From Kudoa neothunni (Eukaryota; Animalia; Cnidaria), in assembly GCA_964304625.1 (NCBI GenBank), contig OZ199839.1, forward strand, positions 10,201,287-10,265,286: a DNA stretch of 64,000 nucleotides. Direction: 5' to 3'. Below, piece after piece: positions 11,599 through 24,358 of the stretch. A program made the position numbers and the translations under genes. Each line of letters begins with the position of its first letter. Within the stretch, counting starts at the first letter, position 1. The notes beneath the pieces are model-generated. The model had not been told where the DNA came from. It worked only from the letters and a program-made list of their open reading frames with translations, and did no database searches.

Positions 11599-14484
11599 TA
11601 GATGTTTTTAGGTTGAATATAGATTTTTATGTTGAAAATTTTTGTATTTTATTTACCCCTTTAATTATTTTTTAAGGCTTATTTCATCGTGTCGTCTATT
11701 CGACAGATGCATTTACTCATCATATGCAAATGAATTATCTTCAAAATAAGAATTATTATTTATAATTTTATAATATTCTATAGGCAGTAGTGAAACATTT
11801 ATTTTAAATAATTCCAACTTAAGTTTTTAACAAATCGTATTTGCTTACATTTTTAAATTATGTTTTAATTTGAATTATTATAATGAGTTAATTCCTTTTT
11901 TCCATCAACGTTAAAAATCTTCCATAACTTTTGTTAAATAAATTGATTAGTTAGATTTTTTGTAATATATGAATAGCAATAATAGTAGAAGAAATATTGA
12001 GACTTCGAGATTTATATAATGTGCGTGCGCATTATTCATAAAATACAAACATGAATGTGATATTTTGGATTCGTGTCAATCGGATTACATTAAACGTTCA
12101 TTTGTAACAATGTTATCATTTTATATATCATTTTGGGTTTGAGTAAATCCAAAATGTTGAGTTATACGACTATTACTTGTTTAATGTATTTCTTTCACAC
12201 ATAATAAGTAATATCGACAACCTTATCCATCATAATTAATGAGAGAAATACTCAAACAATAATTTATATCAATTTTAAAATATATAATGACTTGGTTTAG
12301 TTTATAAATTTTTTGTATATATTTTTTAATTCTGTTTCAAAATTTATTACATTTTTACCAGCAAGACTCAAGGTATTATTTTTGTAAACAAAATATTTTA
12401 TTAGATTTATTTCCTTATTTATCTCTAGTTTCTTTAGAAAAAAATATATAACCTAAAAATCATCCGACATTAATTTTCCTCAAACCTAACATTTATTACA
12501 TCAAAAGTCATTGTAACATAAGCTTTATAGTGCAAATACAAAAATTCTCATTTTCGATAATATATCTTAATTTCTTACAAATTTTATATTTTTATTTAAG
12601 TTAACATTAATTTTGTATAATTTGAGGAATAAAAATAAATTTTATAGAATAAACAGTCATGTGAACGCGATCTTAATAATCTAACATTATTGTCGCTTAT
12701 CCAAAAATAATTTCATTTATCCAAGTTCTCTCAAGCAATTTATAACTTCTAATGTAATACACTACTTTGAAATATATGTTTCATGCTGGTTCCTTCAAGA
12801 TAACAAAAACCTGGATTTGACGTACATAAAAATTAATCCCGAAATCATACATCAAAAGTTTGTAAACTATTCAGTTATCCGAATAACTATTTATTTGCTA
12901 AAAATAAATGTAACCAATATTTTTCTATAAGTTTTTTGTATTAGAATCTAAAGTGACTTTATGATCGAGCTAAACCTTTATTAATCGTCTGAGCTAAATT
13001 AATCTCTTTTGAGAAAAGGACTAAGAAATATTAAGAGCTACTACATTAGACGGTTTTAGTTTAATGACAAATAATATTTACAATGCGTAGTATCGAACAT
13101 TAGAATAAAAAATAATTCCAATAAGATTCCATATCAATAATCCTACGCTTAAATAAAATACTTAACAGTTCTAATTTTGTTGATCGGCATTAGTAAATTT
13201 ATATTAACCCCACACCGTCCTTCGAGAGTTATCTGCAACGATTTTTGATTATTTACTTAAAAAAATATTTATTACACTCAAAAGATATTTGAAAGTAAAA
13301 CATTACCGGCCATCTTTTTCTACAAATTAAACCTATTAAATTATTTAACGATTTTATGGTTATTTAGGTTTAAATTAAAATAAATTATTCAATTTCGAGG
13401 ATTCTAATCAGTCCATACTCAAAAGAACTCAATATATACAATAATACGAAATAATTATTAGAATCTTCATTTTGATCCGCGTGATAATACCAAAATTGAT
13501 TGGCAATTGCAAATAAAATGTTGTAATAATTCAAAAATCAAATATTTTCGCTATAAAAATTGTTGTTGATATATTTACAATAAAAAGTTTTAATAAGTAA
13601 TTGTGTAAGGACATAAAATTTTCTCTCGCACACGCGTACCTACTAATTCTACTGCCTTTAGTATTTCTATAAATATCGTGGATTTAAACAACGAGATAAA
13701 GCCGTAAAGTTAAATAGAATGGAAAAAGAGAATTATAAAATTTACTAGAAACTGTATAATCTATATTCAAAGTCAACATCAATCACTAAATACTGTTATA
13801 TACACTAAATAGTTATAAAAGTCTCCGAATTTTCTTTTATTTTGTTTAAAAATTGATAAAACAAAGCATCTCATTTGTGACGGTAATTAGACCATCGCAT
13901 CCATCCATCCAAATAAAAAAAAATGAAGAATTAAATAGTTAAAATGTGTTATCTACAATATTTTACAAATTTCTAATTAGGTACAAGATTTTTTTAGATA
14001 AAATTGAAAGTAGAATTCTGAATCCACAATAGGTTTTAGTTCCAACATAAGTTTCCACACGAACCTTGCCTACATTCTAAATTTCTACATATGAAAACCA
14101 ATGGCGCCAACCATGCCACATTTTCGTTCCCACCTCTCCTCTGAGGTTACGCAGACTCAATGACAGGAAATTCCAAATTAAATAGTAAACAAATTAATGG
14201 CCTTTATTTTCATTCCATTATCAAAATATTTTGTTTGATTTCTACTTTTTGCAATTAACCCTTACTTTGATAATTATTCATGTTTAACACTATTTTTATC
14301 TATATTTCATATCGTTTTCAGAATATTTCATTCTTAAAAGAATAAAAGTGTTTGATCTGTGTGACATATTAGATAAATTAATCTGCTAATGACTGTTAAT
14401 TGTAATTAGAATTTTTATAAAATAGTGGCTAAAGATATGACATATTGAAATAAATAAACAGCACCTGTGGCAAAAACTATAAAA

Positions 14485-15726
14485 CTAGATTATATTCCTG
14501 TTATTAATCAACAGAGGAGTGGAACAGAGTTGGTATTTGTTGCAAATATTTAGAAAACAAACAGCAATAGCATCAAATTCGGCGAGTGTAAGCTGGCGGG
14601 CGGTAAGAGTGGAATTAATTCTGACTAAATCAGAAAACTCTTTCACAATGGATCCATCAACCCCTGGAAAAAGCAATCTATATGAAATCTAGAAAAACCG
14701 ATAACAACATAAAAAAGTCACTCAAAATTTCTGCCAATACGCTTGTTGGGATGAGCAAACAAGCATTTAACTACTTGCTCATATATAAGAAAATCCACGA
14801 CGGTGGTAGGTTGTTTACGGGGAATCAATTCTAAAAAAGCAGCATCCACCTACGACATAATATCAAAAACGAACGTCCAATAGTTACAACGACTCACATT
14901 TGGGGATGGTACAAAACGATGTCGAGGTATTTGAACAAGATTTCCCGTGTCAAAGTAGGTGTTTATAATAGTGGAAAGACGGGAAGTTTTATTAATTTTC
15001 ATAATATCCTTTAAATTGTAAAGCGATCGAAAATCACCAAAAATATATACATTAGCAGTTTCTTTTTGAAGTACAAGGCATAAAGGTACACGTCCAACCT
15101 TGAAGATGTTGCTTTTGGTGGAAGCAGCATAGGCTAATTTTAGAATAGCTGGAATACTAACGTTGAATGGTAGATTGCCAACTATACGCGTATTCGGAAG
15201 TACTACCCAGAATATTCAATATTTACCAACCGTTAATAATTACTGTCATCATCCCAAGGTCGATTATCACACTTGGAAACAGAGTTGGTGAGTAAAGAAT
15301 ACAAATCAGCTTTCAACATGTCACAATGATGAAAATATATGGGAATGTGTTTATTTTTGACGATAAAACGCTATAGTTTATTGAATTCGTATAAAAGTAA
15401 CTAATAAATGCATAAACCACCTCAAAAACTGGAATAAAACGCTGATCTATCTCCACTGCATGAATAGAACTTGCGCCAACTTTCACACAGGACATGGACA
15501 ATGTTGTCGGTCCAGCACCCAAATCAATCACGTTACAATTTTTAACATTTGCAATCTGTATCATATGATCTACAAACAGGGGTCATGTTTTGTTGGATTT
15601 AGTAGGGGAATTATGCAAACCCGAAAATTGTTGATCCCTTAAAAAGTTTTGTCCCAAACGTTTAACTGCTGGATTTCTTATTACGTCTATTGCTTTTCTA
15701 ATAGATTTATCAAGCTTGGTAGCCAT
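14485..15726 (-). CDS. TFB1M: Mitochondrial dimethyladenosine transferase 1 (KsgA/Dim1 family), multi-exon
   Basis: PAVKRLGQNFL, VIDLGAGP, IHAVEIDQRFIPVFE, RPWDDD, IVGNLPFNVSIP, LVLQKETA, SRLSTI, FVPSPN and ARQLTLAEFDAI occur in the expected order. RPWDDD and GNLPFNVS favour TFB1M over cytosolic DIM1. Confidence 0.88.
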
Positions 15727-17090
15727 TGGTCACGTACAGGCGATTCCAACCCCACACACGTCGTTTTATGTACACATCACGTGATATTAATTTTTTCTCT
15801 TTACTTCTTAATTTTAACTATTTTAAAAATATAACAAACTCAAATCCCTTTAGATAGGATTTCTCAACAACCAAATTATTTTTGGATATTAAACCCAATA
15901 GGGAGTAGACAGAAAGTATTAAAACGCTTTCAGAAATATGTATTTAACAATTTTTTTAAAATTATTGTCGCTTTTTTTCTTTTATGCCTTTTTTATCTTT
16001 TAAGGATATGACCTAATAATAATGTTTAAAATGGCTATTTGCATGGTAAATATTATTCAAGTGTCACTAGTTTTGACTGTTTTACATTATTTCAGGCCTC
16101 TGTATAGCTAAACCATAATCATCACTAAGTATTTATCTAAACCGATCGAAAACGCATTCTCCATTTCCGCAAAGAAGGATTTATATAAAGAACTGGACTC
16201 ATGCATTACAGTAGGTTTGTACAATTTTGTGATTAATTTTAATCGCAGCATGATATTAGAATATTAAATAATAATAACACATGGTTTAAATTTAAAACAT
16301 AATTTTTTTATAAAAATTTTCCAGAAGTATGGATAAACCGATTTTTAGAATTAATGTGAATTTTAAATAAGATTTGACATTGTTTCAGAGTATCTTGGTA
16401 GGGATTATTTGACAGCACCTTGATTAATAACCTTTAGTTACAACAATAATGAATAAATACGTTTACCATGAAGATACTAACAATTATTTGCTATAAAAAA
16501 CTTAATCTACATACTTGTTTAGATAGTCACATAGGAGTTTAATCTTTTTGATTTTATATCAGAAATATAAGACCAATTAGCTATTTTTTGTGTAAAATTA
16601 ATATAAAACAATTTCTTATTTTCGAGGAAACACAGTACCGTCTTTTATTGCAGTAGCGCGCTTAGATAAAAGAAAATTGTCTTCCGATTGTCAATAATTT
16701 TAAGTATATCAAAAATACATAAATATTCTCAATGAAAATAAAGTTTATAATTTATACTGTAATCATCCAGCTATATTATAATTTCTGATATTATTATAAA
16801 ACCTTTAAAATGATCTTAACTTTAATTTCGCTAATAATATTCGTCAAAAATATGATAATTTAAAGAAATTTTAATTTAATATTCTCTGTAAGTTAATTAT
16901 AGGATTAATATATTTTTTCAAGATTATTTATTGCTAAACATTCTCACTCAAGACAGAACTGATAAGTTTGCTCTAACATATAATCATTTAAGAAACGCGC
17001 AATAATTATAAATCAATTTAAATACGAAAAACAACCCAGAAACATACACCAAGAAAGCGACGTAAGTATGTGGGAAATAATCATCGACTA

Positions 17091-20000
17091 CTATACATAT
17101 AATTCGGTGTCGACGTAGCGATCAACAATCGGTTTGATGGCATCCCAACGTCTATATTTCATGGATTCGGATTTTAAACAGGAAACAAATCGTTTGACAT
17201 TATAAGAGTTGTAATTTTCTTTAACGAGTTTTTCGATTGATTTAATATCTAAATTTTAGTCGTGATTTACAAAGAGATAACATCAAATAAAAACTTACTC
17301 ATATTATGCATTCGAATAAGGTTAATGAATTTTTTGATGGTTGTAAAAAAGGTTTTACCACACACAAATTTTGGAGGACTTGATCTGTGTGGGATATCCA
17401 CTGTTGACGAATCACTATCGACTGATTCATAAGAATACACATTGAAAGGATCATCGACAATTTGAACGTCATTATCTTCGTCATCGTTGACGAATTCGGA
17501 GGGAGGAGGCAAGGTAGATTCAGAAATGGGTTCAACTGAGTGACTGCTTGGTGAGGTAGCAGTGTCGATGTCATCCAACGAATCCAAATAACTTTGGGAG
17601 AGTGATCTCCGTATACGACCAACCCGTTGGGATAGGAATCGACGACGACGATTTTTATATTCTCGTTGTTTTCTAGCTTGTGAGGTTTCTTTGTATTTTT
17701 CGGGAATAGGCGAATCGGAGCTATCGGTAGTTTCGTCAACTTTAACGTCCTTAACAAAAGATGCAGTTAATTCAAATCAACCAACTACAGATTCTATCAA
17801 CACACATATTCCATTTGTCGAGTTTTAAAGGGATTGCCAAACGAATTTGTTCTTATTTGTGTAGGATCAATAGGACGTAGATTGTTGGCATCGTTTCTAT
17901 GATAATTTCCCATCGAATCAATGCTAACGTTGTGATAGGTTTCTAATCGCACATAATCATAACGTGAGAATTAATATTTTCATCAGTGTAAAAAGATTAC
18001 CATACCTTTGAACTGTGGTTTGATTTTATTGATAGAACTTTTGCAGATATTGTCATAGAGTTGGGGTAACATGGCCAATAAGCGATCTCGATGAATATTG
18101 AATGGGTTTGTGAACGGATTGAGATAGTCGTTTTTATCAGGTTTTTGACCATATTGAGATATATTTAGTTGAATGTCATTAAAAGGCGGACTACAACCAA
18201 CGCAATTAAATACACTCCGAATCAATCTGCAACAACTCTTACAATAGAAAGTGCTCCAAATCAACTTTATCAAATCTAGGCATAGATTGTTTGAACAGGA
18301 GTGTTCGAAAGTCGGGTTGTTCTTCAATTTTCACTGGCGGTATGCTATTCGACCACATAAATTTACATTGTTCATGTATGTGATATTAAAATATACTTAA
18401 ATTCCACTTTATCATAATCCATAATCACATCAAAGTTGGTGATCAAATCGCTCAAACTGCCACTTGAAGTGGTTATATTTAACGAGTCATACACCTTTTT
18501 TGCCTTAAATAAAGCACCCATTTAATATTTTACAAACAAATTTGGCCGAAGAAAAATACCATAGGTTTTCCATTTCGAAGGAATTGATCAACTCTTCGAT
18601 TGTACTGCATCTCAGCGATATCCTGAACGTATTGTGAGACTGATATACCGACTTTTTTTAATGCGGTTCTAATCGACTAATATGTACATATGTCAGTCGA
18701 AATTATTAAAAAAACTGCGAATTTGTGTTGGTATTCAACTTACATGAATGTAATAATAGGGCACAGATCGAATATAGGCAATAAATTTTTCGCGCCAATT
18801 TTTACTAATTCTACCCCTTGTCGAAACCCATTCATTCACCAGTGGAATCAATGTGAGATAGTTGTACGGACATACGTACAAATTGATGTAACCTTCCTTC
18901 TTGTCCAATGCAATATAACCAAAACTTTCTCCAATGGTGTTGACATTTTCGCCGGAATTTAAGATATAACACTAAACGAGGACATGTGTCACTTTATCTA
19001 CTCTAACAAACACATGTTGACGAATCAATTATACTGGCAAACAATTGAGTGAATTTTCCACATTATCTATTATGTAATCGGGAAACTGAATGGTATCCAA
19101 GTGATATTTGTCGATAGGAAGGTCGTTACAGATTGGAGTTAAAATTGCCGTCTCCGATACAACAATCACTGGGATACTGTCTCGACGAGGCTAAACACGC
19201 GAATATTATCGTTGCGCCGAAATCATTTTTTTAATGAAAAATTACAAACGGTTCTTGAGGATTTAGTGCTGGTGTATAAAACTCCTCGGGAATTGGATAG
19301 AGGTTGCTGTTCAACGACCCCACAGGCACCATCAAATCAGCTTTTATACCCTGTTTCTCGTCATCCAAACTATACTCTCTTAACACTCAATTAGAATTTA
19401 TTATTCCAAGTAAATTAATAAAAAATGAATGCGGCTATTCTCACGTATTTAATATTCGAGGATGATTAATTATTTTAAAGAAGATATATACGTATACATT
19501 CGTCATACAAATGAAATCTTTAATCCCTACACCCCCAACCAAATGCTAGGATAATGTTGAACTTTCATCACATGATGTATGTTATATCATAGTTAATTAT
19601 TATTAACACAAATATGAACGTCTAGGGTCCAATAAAACGGATTACAATAATAATTACACACGGTTATCGCATTTTTTACTAGCCAACAAAAATTTTTTAT
19701 TTTATGTGACTGTGTGAATTTAACTAATTCAAATGGAAGAATGGCTTTCAAGAATGCTCAATTAGGGAGCTGATAATAATTCAATTAATATTAAATTTTT
19801 AATGAGTACATACTCTCTGAAATAATCCAAGGTAGATATAGCATCTAAATAACATATGCATTAGATATCAGATTGGGTGATAGAAAAGAATAAAAATTAC
19901 TGAATCTCGTTAAATTGTTGCCCAACTTTGCAGTGAGAAGATCGCACGACGACAATCTCACAAACCATACTGGTATGATGGTTTCTTGTTGATTGCACGG

Positions 20001-20895
20001 AGCTTTTAAAGTGAAACCAACACTGGACAGTGTTGTCTCGTTGTAAACAGGAACCCATTGACCGTTGGTTTCCATAGCCATATTGAAGAAATAATTTTCT
20101 CCTAGAGGAGAATTTTCATTTTTATAGTTGGTGATTTGAGCTTCACGATAAAGCACACCAGCCGGTGCGATATCAATAACATAAAATCGTTGATCCCATC
20201 GGAAAGGTTGATGATAAAAAGAAGGCTGTTCAGCTATATCGATAAACAGCTGTTTCAAATGAGAATAATTTTCATTATCCCCATTGTTGACGCCAACACT
20301 GAGACTGTCTTCTAACATATCACACGATATGAGAAGAATTATGGTGGGTTCGTTGAAAAATGGAAATCGTCCCTAAATTTATCCACATTAATTAGATTAT
20401 GATAAAACGACTAGTCTCCCTCCATTAAAGTACCATTGAAACACTATCGATTCCAGTGGATAGCCGATACAAGTCAATAAATGTGTACACATCCAAAACC
20501 GTCTTCTTCAAATCACGATATCCACAAGGCTGTATATATTTCAACTTACGATTCAATTCAACAATTGAGTCTGTTTGTGTTGAAAGCAATGTAAAAGCTC
20601 GGTCAGGTGAAGCAAATTCGGTTGTAAAAAGATGAATCTTTTCACGATAATACTTACCATCAGGTTCAACAGGACGGGTCTATCAAATTTTTGAAAAATT
20701 AAAATTATTTTTCATTTCAATTATGTGTTAAATTTGTTGTAACAAAAAACACATTAATCAACCTTTTTAGATTGAATGTTTAAGTACTTTAAGAAAATTT
20801 TCAATACACGCCTTCGCTATATCCATATAACTCAAACCCATGTACGATCGCTGACACATCTTAAAACTTGTGTCCAATATTAATGTGACATGCAT
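17091..20895 (-). CDS. INTS6: Integrator complex subunit 6 (multi-exon)
   Basis: N-terminal VWA MHVTLILDTSFKMCQRSYMGLSYMDIAK; GRFPFFNEPTIILLI; QPFRWDQRFY; YPIPEEFY; LPIDKYHLD; FGYI..INLYVCPYNYLTLIPLV..WREKFIAYIRSVPYYY; FTNPFNIHRDRLL; C-terminal helical domain ending ..DRYVDTELYV-stop. Confidence 0.92.
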
Positions 20896-21097
20896 CGTAC
20901 ACAAACGCGCTCTCACTCAGACTAACCTCAATGTGATGAACGATCAAGCCCGAACACAACCATTATCATACATGTTATGTTGATTAGAATACTTATTGAA
21001 AATTTTTAAATAGTTATTCGTTTTTATTTATATAACGAGAAAAATAATTTTTACTTTATAAATAAAGAATTTATACGTCCATCAAATTTTATGGATA

Positions 21098-21109
21098 TGC
21101 GCATGCGCG
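21098..21109. promoter_or_regulatory. NRF1-type palindrome TGCGCATGCGCG upstream of INTS6
   Basis: Match to the YGCGCAYGCGCR consensus about 200 nt 5' of the INTS6 ATG. Confidence 0.5.
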
Positions 21110-21644
21110 TTATAGACTAAGTCTGAGTTTGATCACATCAAAGGAAGAAATAAATAAGTTTGAAAGATTTATATACTTGAAAAATATATAAGAATGATTA
21201 TTTGTTCTATTCATCTAATTTGTAGCTTTAATACAATTTATAGTAAAATCACTTATATAATTGAAGTTATGGATAATACTTTTATTTTGTGCTTTATATA
21301 TTTAATATATTTTTTACATGAAAATATATAAATTATTTACATTAAAAAGACTAAAAATTCAATTTGCATAAATATAATTTTTCCCGCTGAGTTGAAAGCA
21401 GTAATTTAATTTTAGCTTATTAAATAAATAAATAAATAAATTTTAGCCGTATAACAAACATATCACCATGAAATCTCACAATGAATTATTATATTTACTT
21501 GAATAGATTTGTTTATTTAAAGGAATTTTTAAAATTATTTGTCAATGAAATAATATTATAAAGTGAAATTCATGCTATACAAGTGGTAAATAAGATGACA
21601 TCAAAATAGGAGAGAGAAAATTTGAGCTTAATGTGGTTTGTGAC

Positions 21645-22138
21645 AAACGTAAGGATTTCTAAGTAATTATATTATTCAAGGCTATTAAATTCAATAAGAA
21701 GTTGGCCGAAATGTTTAAAATGTTTTTTAGAATAAATATTTAACAACTATTTATAAAACTATGATCAGTCTCTTCCTTTCGCGCCACATCTGTCTTTCAG
21801 AGAAGTAGCTTAATAATAATAATAATAATAAATAATATTCAGATGTCAGCTTTTTTGTCCATTTCGAATTATTTCTGGTATCTATGAGCGTAGAAATGGG
21901 TTGAAAATAATTAAATTAAGCAGAGTCTACAAAATTAAACCTGTACACAACTTATGGGTAAGAGTTGATGAGTTTAAAAATTGTCATTACGTAAACGACA
22001 TAACTTTTAGAATTAGAATTTACCCTGCAAGTAGAGGTAGCCTTTGCTATAGCTAATCCAAAATAAAACCTTGAAGTAAATATGAATCTGGCTTCTAGGT
22101 TAAGGGGGTAAATTTGAATAAACAATTGACAACCTATG
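21645..22138 (+). repeat. Dispersed repeat (probable hAT-derived non-autonomous element), copy 1; homologous to 38560-39130
   Basis: Shared blocks GGATTTCTAAG, GCTATTAAA, AAGAAG, TTTAACAACT, TTTATAAAAC and the end TGGCTTC..GTTAAGGGGGTAAATTTGAA.AAACA. Confidence 0.75.
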
Positions 22139-22146
22139 TTCTAATG

Positions 22147-22817
22147 CAGTGTTGCCCAAACTTTTTTCGTAAAAAGTTCCGCATCCACCACCGTTTATCA
22201 AAAGTATTTATTTTAAACTGTTTATAATTTTGAATAAAACTTCATATCACATTTAAATTTAAAAGTAATTAATATATAAATCTTTTCTCATTAAAATTAA
22301 GATGTATTCGATCATATCTAACTTAATTTTCTGATGAACCTTAAAAATTAACATCTTTTGTTCTTATTCCGTCAAAAATAGCAGTATGTGAAATTCGTCG
22401 TAATCCAGCCCGCATTAAGCAAAACTTTCATGTATAGGGGTCTTATAAACCCAAAAAGAAATAATCTAAATAGAAAATTAATAGATTTTCTATTGGGTTG
22501 AATCAAAAACTTGGGAGATCACGATTATAAATGAGACAAGATGGGGATAAAAACCATTCCGCTTCTATTCATATTAAGACCATTTGAATGTTATTATTTA
22601 TTTGTATATAATTAATCATTTCTTTTGGTATAGTTTTATGATTTTAATAGTCATTTAAAATTAGACATGATATAGAATCGAGGTATTGATTTAAAAGTGA
22701 TCCATGCCATGTAAACGCTCAGGATTTTCCGCATCCCATCAGAGTCGTTCATTAGACGCTCAAAAATTTCCATGCCCCACCAAAATTTTTTCACGCCACA
22801 CCAGTGGGAACACACTG
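22147..22817. mobile_element. Non-autonomous hAT (Charlie-like) element
   Basis: Termini CAGTGTTGCCCA / TGGGAACACACTG; 8-bp TSD TTCTAATG / CTCTAATG (7/8 match). Confidence 0.75.
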
Positions 22818-23606
22818 CTCTAATGGAAGCTATCAGTAGAGTGAAATACTATGACATTTTGTAATCTTACCTGCAGTCATAGTTTAATCTAACAGAAGTG
22901 GTCAAATTAAACTTTTGAATCACCAGGAAGCATTAGCAGGCATGAAACCTCTGCAGAGCTTTAGTCATTATGGATAGATGTGGATTAAGGTGGTGGTTTT
23001 CCCCAAAACGAAGATATTTAATGAATAAAGAGGTAATATTGCAGATCTCGCCTTTTTAAAACATTAATTTAGACGATCTAACCAACCATAATTCCACAAC
23101 CTAGTATAGCACAGCACATATAGCACATATAGCACGGTGGGTGACGTGTAGTTCGTAATTTGAGAAAATATTACAAAATTAACGTATAAATAAGATTATA
23201 ATAAGTTATTTATCTCTCAAACTATTTAAAAACATTTGTTTGATCATTAGGAATATAAATAAAATATTTTCAAATTAATTAATGTTTTTTATGGATTATT
23301 TTGTAATGAGATGTGTTTCGTAACTTTCAGGTGGGCTGAGATTTTCGTATTCTATTGGTGGCAAAATGGGGAACAAAAATAAAAGTTGAGTTAGGAATTT
23401 AAAAGAGAAATATAAAATAATAAAGTTTTTCCAAAACCAGCGAAGGTGTGGAGCGGAAACATTATTGAAAATGACCCCAATATTAATGATTTTATGACTG
23501 ACTAATTTCCCACAAATAATTTATCATTATAGTTAATTTGTAGTATTGTTTCCTCCCTAATATCGTGGGAGCAATCTTAGAAATTACGAACCACCCTTCT
23601 CCCATT

Positions 23607-24110
23607 TTAATAATAATAATAATTAATAATAATAATAATTAATAATAATAATAATAATAATTAATAATAATAATAATTAATAATAATAATAATTAATAAT
23701 AATAATAATTAATAATAATAATAATTAATAATAATAATAATTAATAATAATAATAATTAATAATAATAATAATTAATAATAATTAATAATAATAATAATT
23801 AATAATAATTAATAATAATAATAATTAATAATAATTAATAATAATAATAATTAATAATAATTAATAATAATAATAATTAATAATAATTAATAATAATAAT
23901 AATTAATAATAATTAATAATAATAATAATTAATAATAATAATAATTAATAATAATAATAATTAATAATAATAATAATAATTAATAATAATAATAATTAAT
24001 AATAATAATAATTAATAATAATAATAATTAATAATAATAATTAATAATAATAATTAATAATAATAATAATTAATAATAATAATAATAATTAATAATAATA
24101 ATAATATTAA
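23607..24110. repeat. ~500-bp pure-AT compound microsatellite [(TAA)nT]m
   Basis: Directly visible; runs of 3-6 TAA interrupted by a single extra T, with no G or C. Confidence 0.97.
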
Positions 24111-24358
24111 AAAAAAGTTGATAAGTAATGGTTGAAAAATTAAATTTGTAACGACAAACAGAATTAACGTTCAAATAAATAAATAAAATATAATAAAATT
24201 AATAGATAATATAATAATATAATTTTGGAAACATCCGCCAATAGCTATAGAAATCGAAATAAAGGGACAAATTTGAAATTATAATGAAGTAAAAATACAA
24301 TCAAATGTGTCATAAACTAATTGTACGAATTATTGGTATAAATAATTGGAGGGATTTG

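Noticed and set aside
12650-13150. Possible Polinton/DNA polymerase B relic (weak DT.., KG, DKR fragments on the minus strand)
   Set aside because: Motifs are too short and broken to support by eye; this would need a tBLASTn hit.
17091-17400. REV1 C-terminal-domain-like helical tail
   Set aside because: Upstream exons carry unambiguous INTS6 motifs; this is the INTS6 C-terminal domain.
23607-24110. CRISPR-like or telomeric array
   Set aside because: No unique spacers and no G-rich telomeric unit; a simple AT microsatellite in a eukaryotic genome.
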